A stretch of 64,000 bases of DNA from a virus (Duplodnaviria > Caudoviricetes). Shown in pieces: positions 18,062-26,494 of the stretch. Position 1 is the first letter of the stretch; each line of letters begins with the position of its first letter. The notes under the pieces are model-generated. The model searched no databases and was not told the origin of the DNA. It saw only the letters and a program-made list of their open reading frames with translations. The stretch lies in IMG/VR virus record IMGVR_UViG_3300031951_000008. One strand, written 5' to 3'. Both the position numbers and the translations under genes were made by a program.

Positions 18062-18837
18062 CTGTTAAAGGAATCATATTAGCTGGCGGCTCCAGCACAA
18101 GGTTGAGCCCTCTTACTAAAGCTATAAACAAGCAAGCTTTGCCTGTTTATAATAAGCCGATGATATACTACCCGTTGTCTACGTTGATAGATGCCGGGAT
18201 CACAGATATTTTAATAATATCAACCAAGGATGGAGTCGATGTGATATCAAGAATGCTAGGTGATGGAGGTGATTATGCCTTAAAGCTCAGCTACAAGGTG
18301 CAAAACAAGCCAAATGGGATCGCAGAAGCTTTCATTATAGGCGAAGAGCACATAGGAGGCGATGATGTGGCACTGATATTAGGAGATAATATATTCTACG
18401 GTAGCAATATGCCTAGAGTTTTACGCAGTGCTATAACAAAGATGCAGAAGTTTGGTGCCTGTATCTTCGCTTATCCGATGCGAGACCCAAGGAGATATGG
18501 TGTTGTAGAACTTAAAGACGGCATTGCTGTGAGCATCGAAGAGAAACCTGCACATCCCAAGTCTAAATTTGTAATACCTGGTCTATATTTTTATAATAAT
18601 AGAGTCGTAGAGATTGCTAAGACTTTGAAGCCTTCAAGCAGAGGTGAGCTAGAAATTACAGATGTGAGCTTAGCGTATATGTACGACAATGAGTTAGCGG
18701 CTATACAGCTAGATACGGGTTACATGTGGCTAGACATGGGTACATTCGAATCATTGCTCGATGCGAGTAATTTTGTTAAAGCAGTAGAAGAGAGACATGG
18801 AATAGATATAGCCGATATAGCTAGGCTAAAGTATTAA
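18046..18837 (+). CDS. rmlA: Glucose-1-phosphate thymidylyltransferase
   Basis: GIILAGGSSTRLSPLT..INKQALPVYNKPMIYYPL, GIAEAF, LILGDN, EEKP, RGELEITD, WLDMGT. Confidence 0.95.
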   Translation: MVLQMTVKGIILAGGSSTRLSPLTKAINKQALPVYNKPMIYYPLSTLIDAGITDILIISTKDGVDVISRMLGDGGDYALKLSYKVQNKPNGIAEAFIIGEEHIGGDDVALILGDNIFYGSNMPRVLRSAITKMQKFGACIFAYPMRDPRRYGVVELKDGIAVSIEEKPAHPKSKFVIPGLYFYNNRVVEIAKTLKPSSRGELEITDVSLAYMYDNELAAIQLDTGYMWLDMGTFESLLDASNFVKAVEERHGIDIADIARLKY

Positions 18838-18843
18838 ATTTAT

Positions 18844-19104
18844 ATGAAGAAAGAACGCAGAATAGTAACTACTCCACATGGCGATATAAGAGTGGTTCGA
18901 CATAATACTATCGCCATTACTTTGGTCAGGACACGAAGGTCAATTAGATATCATAATATTAATTATGAAGCAAAAGCAGTAGCTCACATAGAGCATCAAA
19001 AAATTCCTAAGAGTCTACTGGTGGTTAAGTCTAATTGTGCAGGCTGGGGTGATCCAATAGCTACATATGATTTACGCGGTTGCGAGATACATTTGAAAGG
19101 ATAA
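18844..19104 (+). CDS. Hypothetical protein
   Basis: 86-aa ORF between rmlA and the polymerase gene. Confidence 0.5.
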   Translation: MKKERRIVTTPHGDIRVVRHNTIAITLVRTRRSIRYHNINYEAKAVAHIEHQKIPKSLLVVKSNCAGWGDPIATYDLRGCEIHLKG

Positions 19105-20831
19105 TCTTGAACTATACTTTACAAGACTTGGTCGATAATTTTAAAAGACCCCTTCCAAAAAAACAAGAGTATAAGCAGAGACTTATCAGAGAACTCAAGC
19201 TAATTAAAGACAGAGGGTTCGTTAAAGTCTTCATACAAGTGAAGACGATATTAGATCTAACAATAGATATACCGCATGTTATTAGAGGATCTGCGGGTAG
19301 CTCTTTAGTATGCTACTTGATGGGTATTACCGATATTGACCCTATATTGTACAATATATCATTAGCTAGGTTTATGCATGAAGAAAGAGCAGATAATCCT
19401 GATATAGATATAGATTTCCCATATAATAGAAGAACTGAGGTCTTTAATAGGATTTACAAGCATTTCGGAAAGCATCGCGTGGCAAGGATATCTAATCACT
19501 TATACTATAGGGCTAAGTCGGCAATACGTGAAGCGGTGAGAATGCATGGCTACCGGAAGCAGTATGGTAAACATGATGACTTAGTGGACATATTAGGTGA
19601 GGAGCTAACACTAAAGGTAGTAGACACAGCTAGGGATTTATATAAAACCTTCAGGGGATACTCATTACATTGTGGTGGCATTGTCATTTTTGATGATAAG
19701 ATACCCAATAATCTCATATTAAAAGGCAACCAGATTAGGCTCAATAAGGACGAAGTAGAAGAAGCTGGATTTATAAAGATTGATATACTGTCTAATAGAG
19801 CTTTAGCACAATTAGCGGATCTAGACCTAAAAAAGCTTAACAGTTACCCTGAAGAGGACGAGTTAACAAGCCAGTTATTGTCAACAGGCAACAATATGGG
19901 AATCACTATTGCTGAGTCACCAGCAATGCGTAAAATATTCACTTCGATGAAGCCAAAGAATCGCAGTGATGTGGCGTTTGCCCTAGCTTTATTGAGGCCA
20001 GCAGCGGCAGCAGATGGGAACAAGGATAAGATATTAAACGGCCATGACCCGGTTTTGGTGTTCGATGATGATGCTATAGATAGATTTAGAGACATGATAG
20101 GGTGCACAGAAGCCGAGGCCGATAACTACAGAAGAGCATTTGCTAAGAATAAACAAGACAAGATAGAAGAGCTTATGTCTAGGCTCGAAAACGATGAAGA
20201 TAGGAAGCTTGTAGCCGACAATTTTAAGCGTTTAAGTTTATATTCTTTCTGTAAATCACATGCCATATCTTACGGGCAGTTGGTTTGGGCTTTAGCTTAT
20301 CAAAAGGCCAGAAGACCAAAAGATTTTTGGCTGACCGCTCTTAATCATTGCGAATCAATGTATCACAAATGGGTGTTTTTCAGACACGCTGTCGCCGCTG
20401 GGCTTAATATTACTTTAGGCAAAGCACCATGGCGTTTAGAAAATAGCACGATCATTTGTGATGACACTGAATACTCAGAAGGATACAGAGAGGACTTTTA
20501 CAAATTTGGTTATTGGATTACACCTGAATTTATACCAAACTGCTATTATATAGAAGAGGTAGTTGGTGATAAGGTTTATGTTAAGTTCAGGGGTTTAATA
20601 GCCACGTATAGGAAATATACAGGCGAAAGGCAGAAAAAAGATGGTGGCAGTGCGCAGTATAAGGTAATGTTTGTCACATTAGGATACGACAATGATAAGA
20701 TGCTTGATATAGTTATCCACGGTAGGCCTGCCATCGGTAAGTATCATATCATAGAAGGAGAAGGCATTAAAAAGTCTTGGTGCAATTCATCACATATACA
20801 GGTGGTCAGATATAAGATGTCTAAGGTATAG
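19080..20831 (+). CDS. dnaE: Compact DNA polymerase III alpha (DnaE-like) lacking the PHP domain
   Basis: RGSAGSSLVCY.MGITDIDP, RFM..ER...PDIDIDF, HCGGIVI, KIDILSNRAL, YSFCKSHAISY. Confidence 0.85.
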   Translation: MRDTFERIILNYTLQDLVDNFKRPLPKKQEYKQRLIRELKLIKDRGFVKVFIQVKTILDLTIDIPHVIRGSAGSSLVCYLMGITDIDPILYNISLARFMHEERADNPDIDIDFPYNRRTEVFNRIYKHFGKHRVARISNHLYYRAKSAIREAVRMHGYRKQYGKHDDLVDILGEELTLKVVDTARDLYKTFRGYSLHCGGIVIFDDKIPNNLILKGNQIRLNKDEVEEAGFIKIDILSNRALAQLADLDLKKLNSYPEEDELTSQLLSTGNNMGITIAESPAMRKIFTSMKPKNRSDVAFALALLRPAAAADGNKDKILNGHDPVLVFDDDAIDRFRDMIGCTEAEADNYRRAFAKNKQDKIEELMSRLENDEDRKLVADNFKRLSLYSFCKSHAISYGQLVWALAYQKARRPKDFWLTALNHCESMYHKWVFFRHAVAAGLNITLGKAPWRLENSTIICDDTEYSEGYREDFYKFGYWITPEFIPNCYYIEEVVGDKVYVKFRGLIATYRKYTGERQKKDGGSAQYKVMFVTLGYDNDKMLDIVIHGRPAIGKYHIIEGEGIKKSWCNSSHIQVVRYKMSKV

Positions 20832-20840
20832 AATTTACGT

Positions 20841-20848
20841 CAAAACTA
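20841..20848 (+). promoter_or_regulatory. Candidate late-promoter motif CAAAnnTA (CAAAACTA)
   Basis: Intergenic, upstream of the Q/V-rich secreted protein gene. Confidence 0.4.
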
Positions 20849-20900
20849 TTATGGTTAAATGTTTTGGTTTACTCTAGATCTCACAAAATGGAGCTATGCT

Positions 20901-21284
20901 ATGAAGAGATTTATGTTAGCAGCAGTTGCGGTATTCGTTATGGCCCACCAAGCCAGTGCTACAAACCAACAATTTGTGCAAGTACCACAGAAAGTTGTTG
21001 TACAGAATGCACCGGTTGTGCAGAGACAAGTTGTGCGACAAAGAACAGTTCCCGTTGTACAGCGTCAGGTAGTACGGCAGGTAACACCCGTTGTGCAGCA
21101 AAAGGTGGTACAACAACGTGTAGTACAACAATTAGTGCCTGTTCAACAGGTACAACAGGTACAACAAGTTCAGCAAGTTCAACATGTGGCTGCACCAGTT
21201 ATTCAGGCTGTACCAGTTTACCAAGCAGTTCCAATGCAATTGCAATTTCAGCTGGTTCCGCAAGCAGTAAGTGGCTGCAATTAA
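20901..21284 (+). CDS. Secreted Gln/Val-rich low-complexity protein
   Basis: Signal-like MKRFMLAAVAVFVMAHQASA, then VQQ/VQR repeats; GGAG upstream of the ATG at 20901. Confidence 0.7.
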   Translation: MKRFMLAAVAVFVMAHQASATNQQFVQVPQKVVVQNAPVVQRQVVRQRTVPVVQRQVVRQVTPVVQQKVVQQRVVQQLVPVQQVQQVQQVQQVQHVAAPVIQAVPVYQAVPMQLQFQLVPQAVSGCN

Positions 21285-21308
21285 AAAGTAATTGTTGCTA
21301 TAATATAT

Positions 21309-21338
21309 AAGGGTGGCGGGAATTATCCCGCCACTCTT
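21309..21338 (+). terminator. Intrinsic terminator-like hairpin
   Basis: AAGGGTGGCGGGA-ATTA-TCCCGCCACTCTT. Confidence 0.7.
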
Positions 21339-21356
21339 GTAGTAGAATTTAAAGCA

Positions 21357-22277
21357 GTGAGTGAAGCTATGCTGGGATCATTAAACAGAAAGTCTTGCCT
21401 TGAAGAGGCTTTAGATGCGGTTTTCAATGGTCCAATAAGTGAGTGTACTTCAGTCGGAATCTCAATAAAGAATAAGCTACTATTAGCTAAGAACAGAGAC
21501 AGGACTTATAATCCTACGATTAAGATTGTAAGAGAAATAATTGACGGCACTGAAGTAATATATATGTATGATATAGATACTGATTACTCTGAGGGCATGA
21601 ACGAGCACGGAATAGGCATCGTCAACACAACCCTACAAGGAAAGGAAGACGAGAAAGAGTTAAAGATCACGACAAAGCACAAAAAACTTAGTGCAGATGG
21701 GCACAAAATAAGGAAAGCGTTGAGTCTAAAGAGTGTAGACAAGATAGTTGATGTGCTTGATCTGTATAAGAGAGGACTCGGAGGGCATACGACGGTTGCA
21801 CATAATGGAGGATATACGTGCATTGAGAAGATTAAGATGGGCAAGCCTAAAATAAGTGAGTTTACGAAAAAAGATGTAATAGTAAGAACTAATCACGGTT
21901 TAGCTTATCCAGATCAAGGATATCAGCATGGCGAAGATAGAGATTCGTCTATCTCTAGAGCGTTTTATGCTACTAAAGAAGCTAAGAATGCGAAAGATCC
22001 AGATGATCTACTATCAAGGATGAGGACGCACCATGGCATAGCTGGATATCTAGAACCTTATCGAACTAATTACAAGGTCTGGACTTCTTCACAGATAATG
22101 CTAAATCTGACCGATTTAGAAATGACATTTGTAGTTGACGAGAATACTAAATTTTTGGGTATAGAAAACAGATTGCCGATAGGATATAAGCCAAAATTAA
22201 AGCTTAAATTGCATAAGCTGGACACTGAATATAAAGTCTCTAGCATTGATGAAGTAGAAGCTATACCACATGTTTAG
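21357..22277 (+). CDS. Cys-nucleophile Ntn hydrolase (peptidase C45 / choloylglycine hydrolase-like)
   Basis: CTSVG....LLAKNRDR, SEGMNEHGIGIVN, VRTNHG, SR.....A, TSSQIMLN; putative nucleophile Cys30. Confidence 0.72.
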   Translation: MSEAMLGSLNRKSCLEEALDAVFNGPISECTSVGISIKNKLLLAKNRDRTYNPTIKIVREIIDGTEVIYMYDIDTDYSEGMNEHGIGIVNTTLQGKEDEKELKITTKHKKLSADGHKIRKALSLKSVDKIVDVLDLYKRGLGGHTTVAHNGGYTCIEKIKMGKPKISEFTKKDVIVRTNHGLAYPDQGYQHGEDRDSSISRAFYATKEAKNAKDPDDLLSRMRTHHGIAGYLEPYRTNYKVWTSSQIMLNLTDLEMTFVVDENTKFLGIENRLPIGYKPKLKLKLHKLDTEYKVSSIDEVEAIPHV

Positions 22278-22516
22278 GTTAGGCCTTGACTTATCTTCTT
22301 GATTTTATCTGCGTGAAGCTTGGTACAGCTTGTGACTCTTACAAACCAGCCTTGCTTGGTAAGTACATGGTCATTAGCGTCCTGCTCGGCTTCTTCAGTT
22401 GCTTGCGATTTTTTGTTCGCTCTGTAAGTAACAGCGGTTGTGATCATTCCATCTTGAACATCAATATTCATCCTACGGTTATGGAAATATATTACTTCAA
22501 AGTGCCAATCGTGCAT
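22274..22516 (-). CDS. Hypothetical protein
   Basis: 80-aa ORF converging on the Ntn hydrolase gene. Confidence 0.5.
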   Translation of the reverse strand: MHDWHFEVIYFHNRRMNIDVQDGMITTAVTYRANKKSQATEEAEQDANDHVLTKQGWFVRVTSCTKLHADKIKKISQGLT

Positions 22517-22598
22517 TTAGTCGCCTTTATTTGTACGTGTGTACAAATTATTTTTGGAATTGTTGTTGATTAACACAAGTAGTATTACAGGAGCAAAA

Positions 22599-22802
22599 AT
22601 GGCTAGGCTGGATTATAATGAGCTACCTACTGAAATAAAGGCAGCGTATACTAGTAAGGAGGTGCACAAAATAGTCAAGCCTTGCCAGACGAGCATTGCT
22701 GTCCATTTAAAGACGCACGATAAGCATATCTGGCAAAAATCCGGTAAGGCTTGGCACAAACAAGCATTGGAGACACAGCAAGAAGATGTTCGTGATATAT
22801 AA
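22599..22802 (+). CDS. Hypothetical protein
   Basis: AGGAG RBS before the ATG at 22599. Confidence 0.6.
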   Translation: MARLDYNELPTEIKAAYTSKEVHKIVKPCQTSIAVHLKTHDKHIWQKSGKAWHKQALETQQEDVRDI

Positions 22803-22968
22803 TCGTATAACCGGCCTGTATTTTAAGAACTACGAATGGGTTGACAAGTCTCAGTTTGCTGAGCAGTTGACTTATCCCCGCGCGTCAGAGATATTGGATT
22901 CTTTGATACTGCAAGTAAGCAAGGGTTGGATCAAGGGCGATTACGTTATACAAGAATATGAAAAATAA
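22786..22968 (+). CDS. Hypothetical protein
   Basis: Short ORF coupled to its neighbours. Confidence 0.5.
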   Translation: MFVIYNRITGLYFKNYEWVDKSQFAEQLTYPRASEILDSLILQVSKGWIKGDYVIQEYEK

Positions 22969-23347
22969 CAATAAGAAGGTTTATTCGACTGCTGATCTTT
23001 TGAATTATCTCTGCAGATATCTAAAGCAGATAACGACTAAAGACGGCGAAGTGATAATGTTATCATCGCTAAATTTACCACTTGCTGTAGAGTTTCATAT
23101 GTTGAGCCAAAAGACAAAGCTACTGGCTTTTCTTGAGATGCTTAATGTGAGAGAATTTTACAAGGCTGGAGAAGAGCCTCCAGATTATAGAGCTTTCACC
23201 GCAAGCTGCTGGCTAAACACTCTATGCCGGTATACGAAGGCTAATGAGCAAAGCCTGCAGTCGTTGAGAGGTATACTAGAGTCAACTCAACTTGACTTGG
23301 ATACAGTTGGTTGGAGTCCGGAAGATATATTATTCGATGTAACATAA
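22958..23347 (+). CDS. Hypothetical protein
   Basis: 129-aa ORF in a co-oriented run. Confidence 0.55.
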   Translation: MKNNNKKVYSTADLLNYLCRYLKQITTKDGEVIMLSSLNLPLAVEFHMLSQKTKLLAFLEMLNVREFYKAGEEPPDYRAFTASCWLNTLCRYTKANEQSLQSLRGILESTQLDLDTVGWSPEDILFDVT

Positions 23348-23399
23348 TGCGATCAGATAATAACATACACGTTTACTTGTTATAGAGCGAATATAAAGT

Positions 23400-23816
23400 A
23401 TGAAAGACGCGAATTTGGAATATATAGATCTCGATCAAGGATATGACGAGAGCCCAAAGGTTTACAAGATCACCTATAAGGTATACGGCATTAATTCTGC
23501 TAATGTTGAATTTATCATCTTACATGAAAAGAATGCTCATGTCGTAGGAGTAGACGTAGCAGATATTAAAGAAGAACTTAAGAAAGAGCATATAAATAGT
23601 GAATTTAATTATTATATTGATAACGAGCTTTATCATGCGATAGGCACAAAACTAGTGGTTTTGAGCGTAGTGTTGTTAGGCCAGCTAGTTGGTGTTACCG
23701 ATAAGTGTCTGGAGATAATCAATAATGAAGTAGACCCTAGTGATTATGACCCAGACGACGACTCTGCAAACGGGACAGATGGTGATGGCATTGAGTCATC
23801 CGACAAGAGTAATTAA
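23400..23816 (+). CDS. Hypothetical protein, acidic tail
   Basis: 138-aa ORF. Confidence 0.6.
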   Translation: MKDANLEYIDLDQGYDESPKVYKITYKVYGINSANVEFIILHEKNAHVVGVDVADIKEELKKEHINSEFNYYIDNELYHAIGTKLVVLSVVLLGQLVGVTDKCLEIINNEVDPSDYDPDDDSANGTDGDGIESSDKSN

Positions 23817-23887
23817 TGTGGGAATGCCCTCCCTTAACTTGCTAAGCTGATACGGGCATTTATCAGCCAAATGATGAGGATTTAGGC

Positions 23888-24352
23888 ATGAAGAATTTAG
23901 TAATGGCCGCATTAGTGTTGGCCGCTTCGGCAGCTCAGTTGCTTGCTGGAGAAAGTGTTTGTTGCGAGACACAGCGTTGCACACCAGTACGCAGTTTACT
24001 GTCTGCTAGCGTTGAATTAGCAGCAAAAGCAGTGGCGGTACCGTTGAAGGTAGCGGCGGCTCCAGTCAAGGCGTTGCATAATTGCTGCGAGAAGACTGCT
24101 TGCCATCCTGCTCCTGTAGCTTGCCCACCTGCTCCTGTAGCTTGCCAACCTGCTCCTGTAGCTTGCCCACCTGCTCCTGTAGCTTGCGAGAGTGCATATG
24201 CAAAGGAGCGATGTGCACCAGTGAAGAAGCTGCTGAAGCACGCTAAAGCTAAGTGTGAAGCAAGAAAATCTCAACGGGCAGTGCAGTGTACTTGCATTCC
24301 ATTGTGTGAGCCAGTTGTCGTAGAGCAAGTCAAAAAGCCCTGCGGCTGTTAA
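23888..24352 (+). CDS. Secreted Cys/Pro-rich protein with CxPAPVA repeats
   Basis: Signal-like MKNLVMAALVLAASAAQLLAG; CC pairs; four CxPAPVA units; ends PCGC. Confidence 0.72.
   Translation: MKNLVMAALVLAASAAQLLAGESVCCETQRCTPVRSLLSASVELAAKAVAVPLKVAAAPVKALHNCCEKTACHPAPVACPPAPVACQPAPVACPPAPVACESAYAKERCAPVKKLLKHAKAKCEARKSQRAVQCTCIPLCEPVVVEQVKKPCGC
24098..24187 (+). repeat. 21-bp coding tandem repeat x4.3
   Basis: GCTTGCCnnCCTGCTCCTGTA units, in frame within 23888..24352. Confidence 0.88.
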
Positions 24353-24417
24353 AAACACGTCGGTGCTCCAGGCTTGTTGGGCAGCGAATTAAAAACTCAA
24401 CAAGTCATACCACGCGT

Positions 24418-24449
24418 AATGGCTGTGCGTTCAACGACGCACAGCCATT
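24418..24449. terminator. Bidirectional intrinsic terminator between convergent genes
   Basis: AATGGCTGTGCGT...ACGCACAGCCATT followed by TTT. Confidence 0.8.
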
Positions 24450-24455
24450 TTTATA

Positions 24456-25019
24456 TCATCGAAAGTTGCTAGATTTCCAGATCCTAGTGCGATCAAATGT
24501 CATGAAATCAATGCAAGCCTCGTTCACAGCGTCCATCACTCCGGGATGGCGTGAGCAATAATCATGCCCAATCATAAAGCCATGATTATTTAGTTTACGG
24601 CTCCAAATTTCAATATCTGCTTTACATTCTGCATATTCATGGCAGGCATCGATATAAATGACATCGGAGCTTCTTGCTTCAACTGCTGCTTGTACACTTG
24701 GCTTGTATATTTCAATAATTGTGATATCTGGCTTGTGTATTTTGATCTGTTCTAAGGTTAGGCTTAAAACCTTTTTGCCATATTCAGGTGAAGGAAACGT
24801 GCCATATTCCGATAGATCATCAACAATGGTAATGGTAGCGTTCTTGCCTAGAGCAAGTGATGCGACGAATAATGACTTTCCGCAGAAGACACCAACTTCT
24901 GTGTAGGAATTCTTACCATAGCAAGAATCGTAAATAATTCCGAGTTCGGTAGGCCAGCAGTTGCCTGGTATAAGATAAGACTTGCTAATGATCGTATTAC
25001 GAGGCTCAAAAGGTATCAT
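24456..25019 (-). CDS. Class I SAM-dependent methyltransferase (Methyltransf_24-like)
   Basis: EVGVFCGKS, IYIDACHEY....DI..W...L...G.MIGHDY. Confidence 0.82.
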   Translation of the reverse strand: MIPFEPRNTIISKSYLIPGNCWPTELGIIYDSCYGKNSYTEVGVFCGKSLFVASLALGKNATITIVDDLSEYGTFPSPEYGKKVLSLTLEQIKIHKPDITIIEIYKPSVQAAVEARSSDVIYIDACHEYAECKADIEIWSRKLNNHGFMIGHDYCSRHPGVMDAVNEACIDFMTFDRTRIWKSSNFR

Positions 25020-26099
25020 ATGAATTGCCTGTTTAGAGGTGAGAAGATCATGCCGACATTTAGCGGCATCAAAGCATTTGAATGTTTTAACGATAAGGTA
25101 TCTACTAAACTCTGTACACTAGAGGAGAAAGGCAGCGAAGCTATAGCTAGGTGTGCTACTTGTAACCAAAGGACAGAGTTTCATGATCCTATTACGTTTG
25201 ACGACAAGTGGCAATATATTAAGACCTCTAAGCTTGTAGAAGACAGTCTCAGATTGGCTAATCAGATTCCGAGTGACTGCTCTGGAATAATAGGAGTGGC
25301 TAGATCAGGAATATTGCCTGCGACAGTTATTTCCACGCATTTGCAATTACCATTGTATACGGTTCATGCAAGAGATAGGCTCTTTATAGAAGAAATTAAG
25401 TCACAGTCATTACAACGAGGATTAGACTACAGAACGATTAAACCTAAAGACGGACCTAAGGTAATAATAGACGATACAGTTCACGGAGGTGGCAGCTTTG
25501 GAGTTATCAAAAGCCTGGCTATAGAAAATTATAAATATGCTGCAGTATATGTCAGGCCAAACAAGACGAGTGCTGTTGACTATTATGTAGAAACATTGAA
25601 TTCACCTCACTTTTTGGAATGGAATATGTTCAATAACAGTTATGTTTGTGGTGGGCCTGAGTATAGCCCTTTCTACGGAGGAATAGCTTTCGATTTTGAT
25701 GGGATACTATGCAAAGACCCGGAGGCTGGTGTAGACAGAGGAGACCCAAATAAATGGATTATGGAGCTTCAGCCTACGCATATCCGCCCATTGCACTATA
25801 AGATACCACTAATTATAACCAATAGGCTTGAATCATGGCGTGAACCAACCGTGAAATGGCTTAATAAGTACTCGATTAATTATGATAAAATAGAAATGTA
25901 TCAGAAGTCGCTAGATGAACGTGATGCTAATTTTATGCAAGCCGTGATTGAGCATAAGGCCGATAAATTCAAGAGATCTGATTGTTACTTGATGGTAGAA
26001 TCAGACCCCCAACAGGCTCAGCTAATACATCAATATTCACAAAAACCAGTCTTATGTCCCGCAGAGGGTAAGTTTTACATGACTTCCTTCAAGTCATGA
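25020..26099 (+). CDS. Phosphoribosyltransferase-like plus HAD-phosphatase-like fusion protein
   Basis: IIGVARSGILPA and VIIDDTVHGGGS (type I PRTase); AFDFDGILC, IITNRLE, VESD..QA (HAD). Confidence 0.7.
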   Translation: MNCLFRGEKIMPTFSGIKAFECFNDKVSTKLCTLEEKGSEAIARCATCNQRTEFHDPITFDDKWQYIKTSKLVEDSLRLANQIPSDCSGIIGVARSGILPATVISTHLQLPLYTVHARDRLFIEEIKSQSLQRGLDYRTIKPKDGPKVIIDDTVHGGGSFGVIKSLAIENYKYAAVYVRPNKTSAVDYYVETLNSPHFLEWNMFNNSYVCGGPEYSPFYGGIAFDFDGILCKDPEAGVDRGDPNKWIMELQPTHIRPLHYKIPLIITNRLESWREPTVKWLNKYSINYDKIEMYQKSLDERDANFMQAVIEHKADKFKRSDCYLMVESDPQQAQLIHQYSQKPVLCPAEGKFYMTSFKS

Positions 26100-26494
26100 T
26101 CTTGATACTTAATCGGATGGTGTATATCATCATCAATATATCCAGCTAGAGATTCAACCATCCCTGTATGCTCATGGATGAATGATATGACACTAGACCC
26201 TTTATGTTGAATCTCAACCACATGGATTCTGCTTGTGGCTCCTACACCCTCTCTCATAGTAGTACGCAGTCTATAGATAATCTTGTCACCAGGCATAACG
26301 TATGCTGTAAAGACTGTTTTCTCTTCGTCTGGTATGCCAAGACAGAATCTTCTGATTCCGTTTTTGTCAAGATCTTTAAAATTAGGACTACTAGCTTGGT
26401 GCTTAACCGTGTTATCCTCGTAGAACGCTATCCACATGTATTTGATCGGGAAATCTTCGCTGCTTGCACTATAATCGTTAACTATTTTCGTCAT
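26075..26494 (-). CDS. Hypothetical protein
   Basis: 139-aa ORF. Confidence 0.55.
   Translation of the reverse strand: MTKIVNDYSASSEDFPIKYMWIAFYEDNTVKHQASSPNFKDLDKNGIRRFCLGIPDEEKTVFTAYVMPGDKIIYRLRTTMREGVGATSRIHVVEIQHKGSSVISFIHEHTGMVESLAGYIDDDIHHPIKYQDHDLKEVM

Noticed and set aside
16197-18837. Claim of rhamnosylated (hypermodified) DNA
   Set aside because: No base hydroxymethylase/TET or DNA-type glycosyltransferase is recognisable in this window, and ordinary Tmk/dUTPase are present; kept only as an option.
20864-21310. Cys/Thr-rich 148-aa alternative frame over the Q/V-rich gene
   Set aside because: Frame-shifted reading of low-complexity codons; the Q/V frame has the signal peptide and RBS.
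23868-23887. TGATGAG hammerhead-like core
   Set aside because: Lacks the CTGATGA C, the GAAA strand and the flanking stems.
24098-24187. Possible CRISPR-like repeat
   Set aside because: Repeats are contiguous with no spacers and in frame, encoding CxPAPVA; no cas genes.
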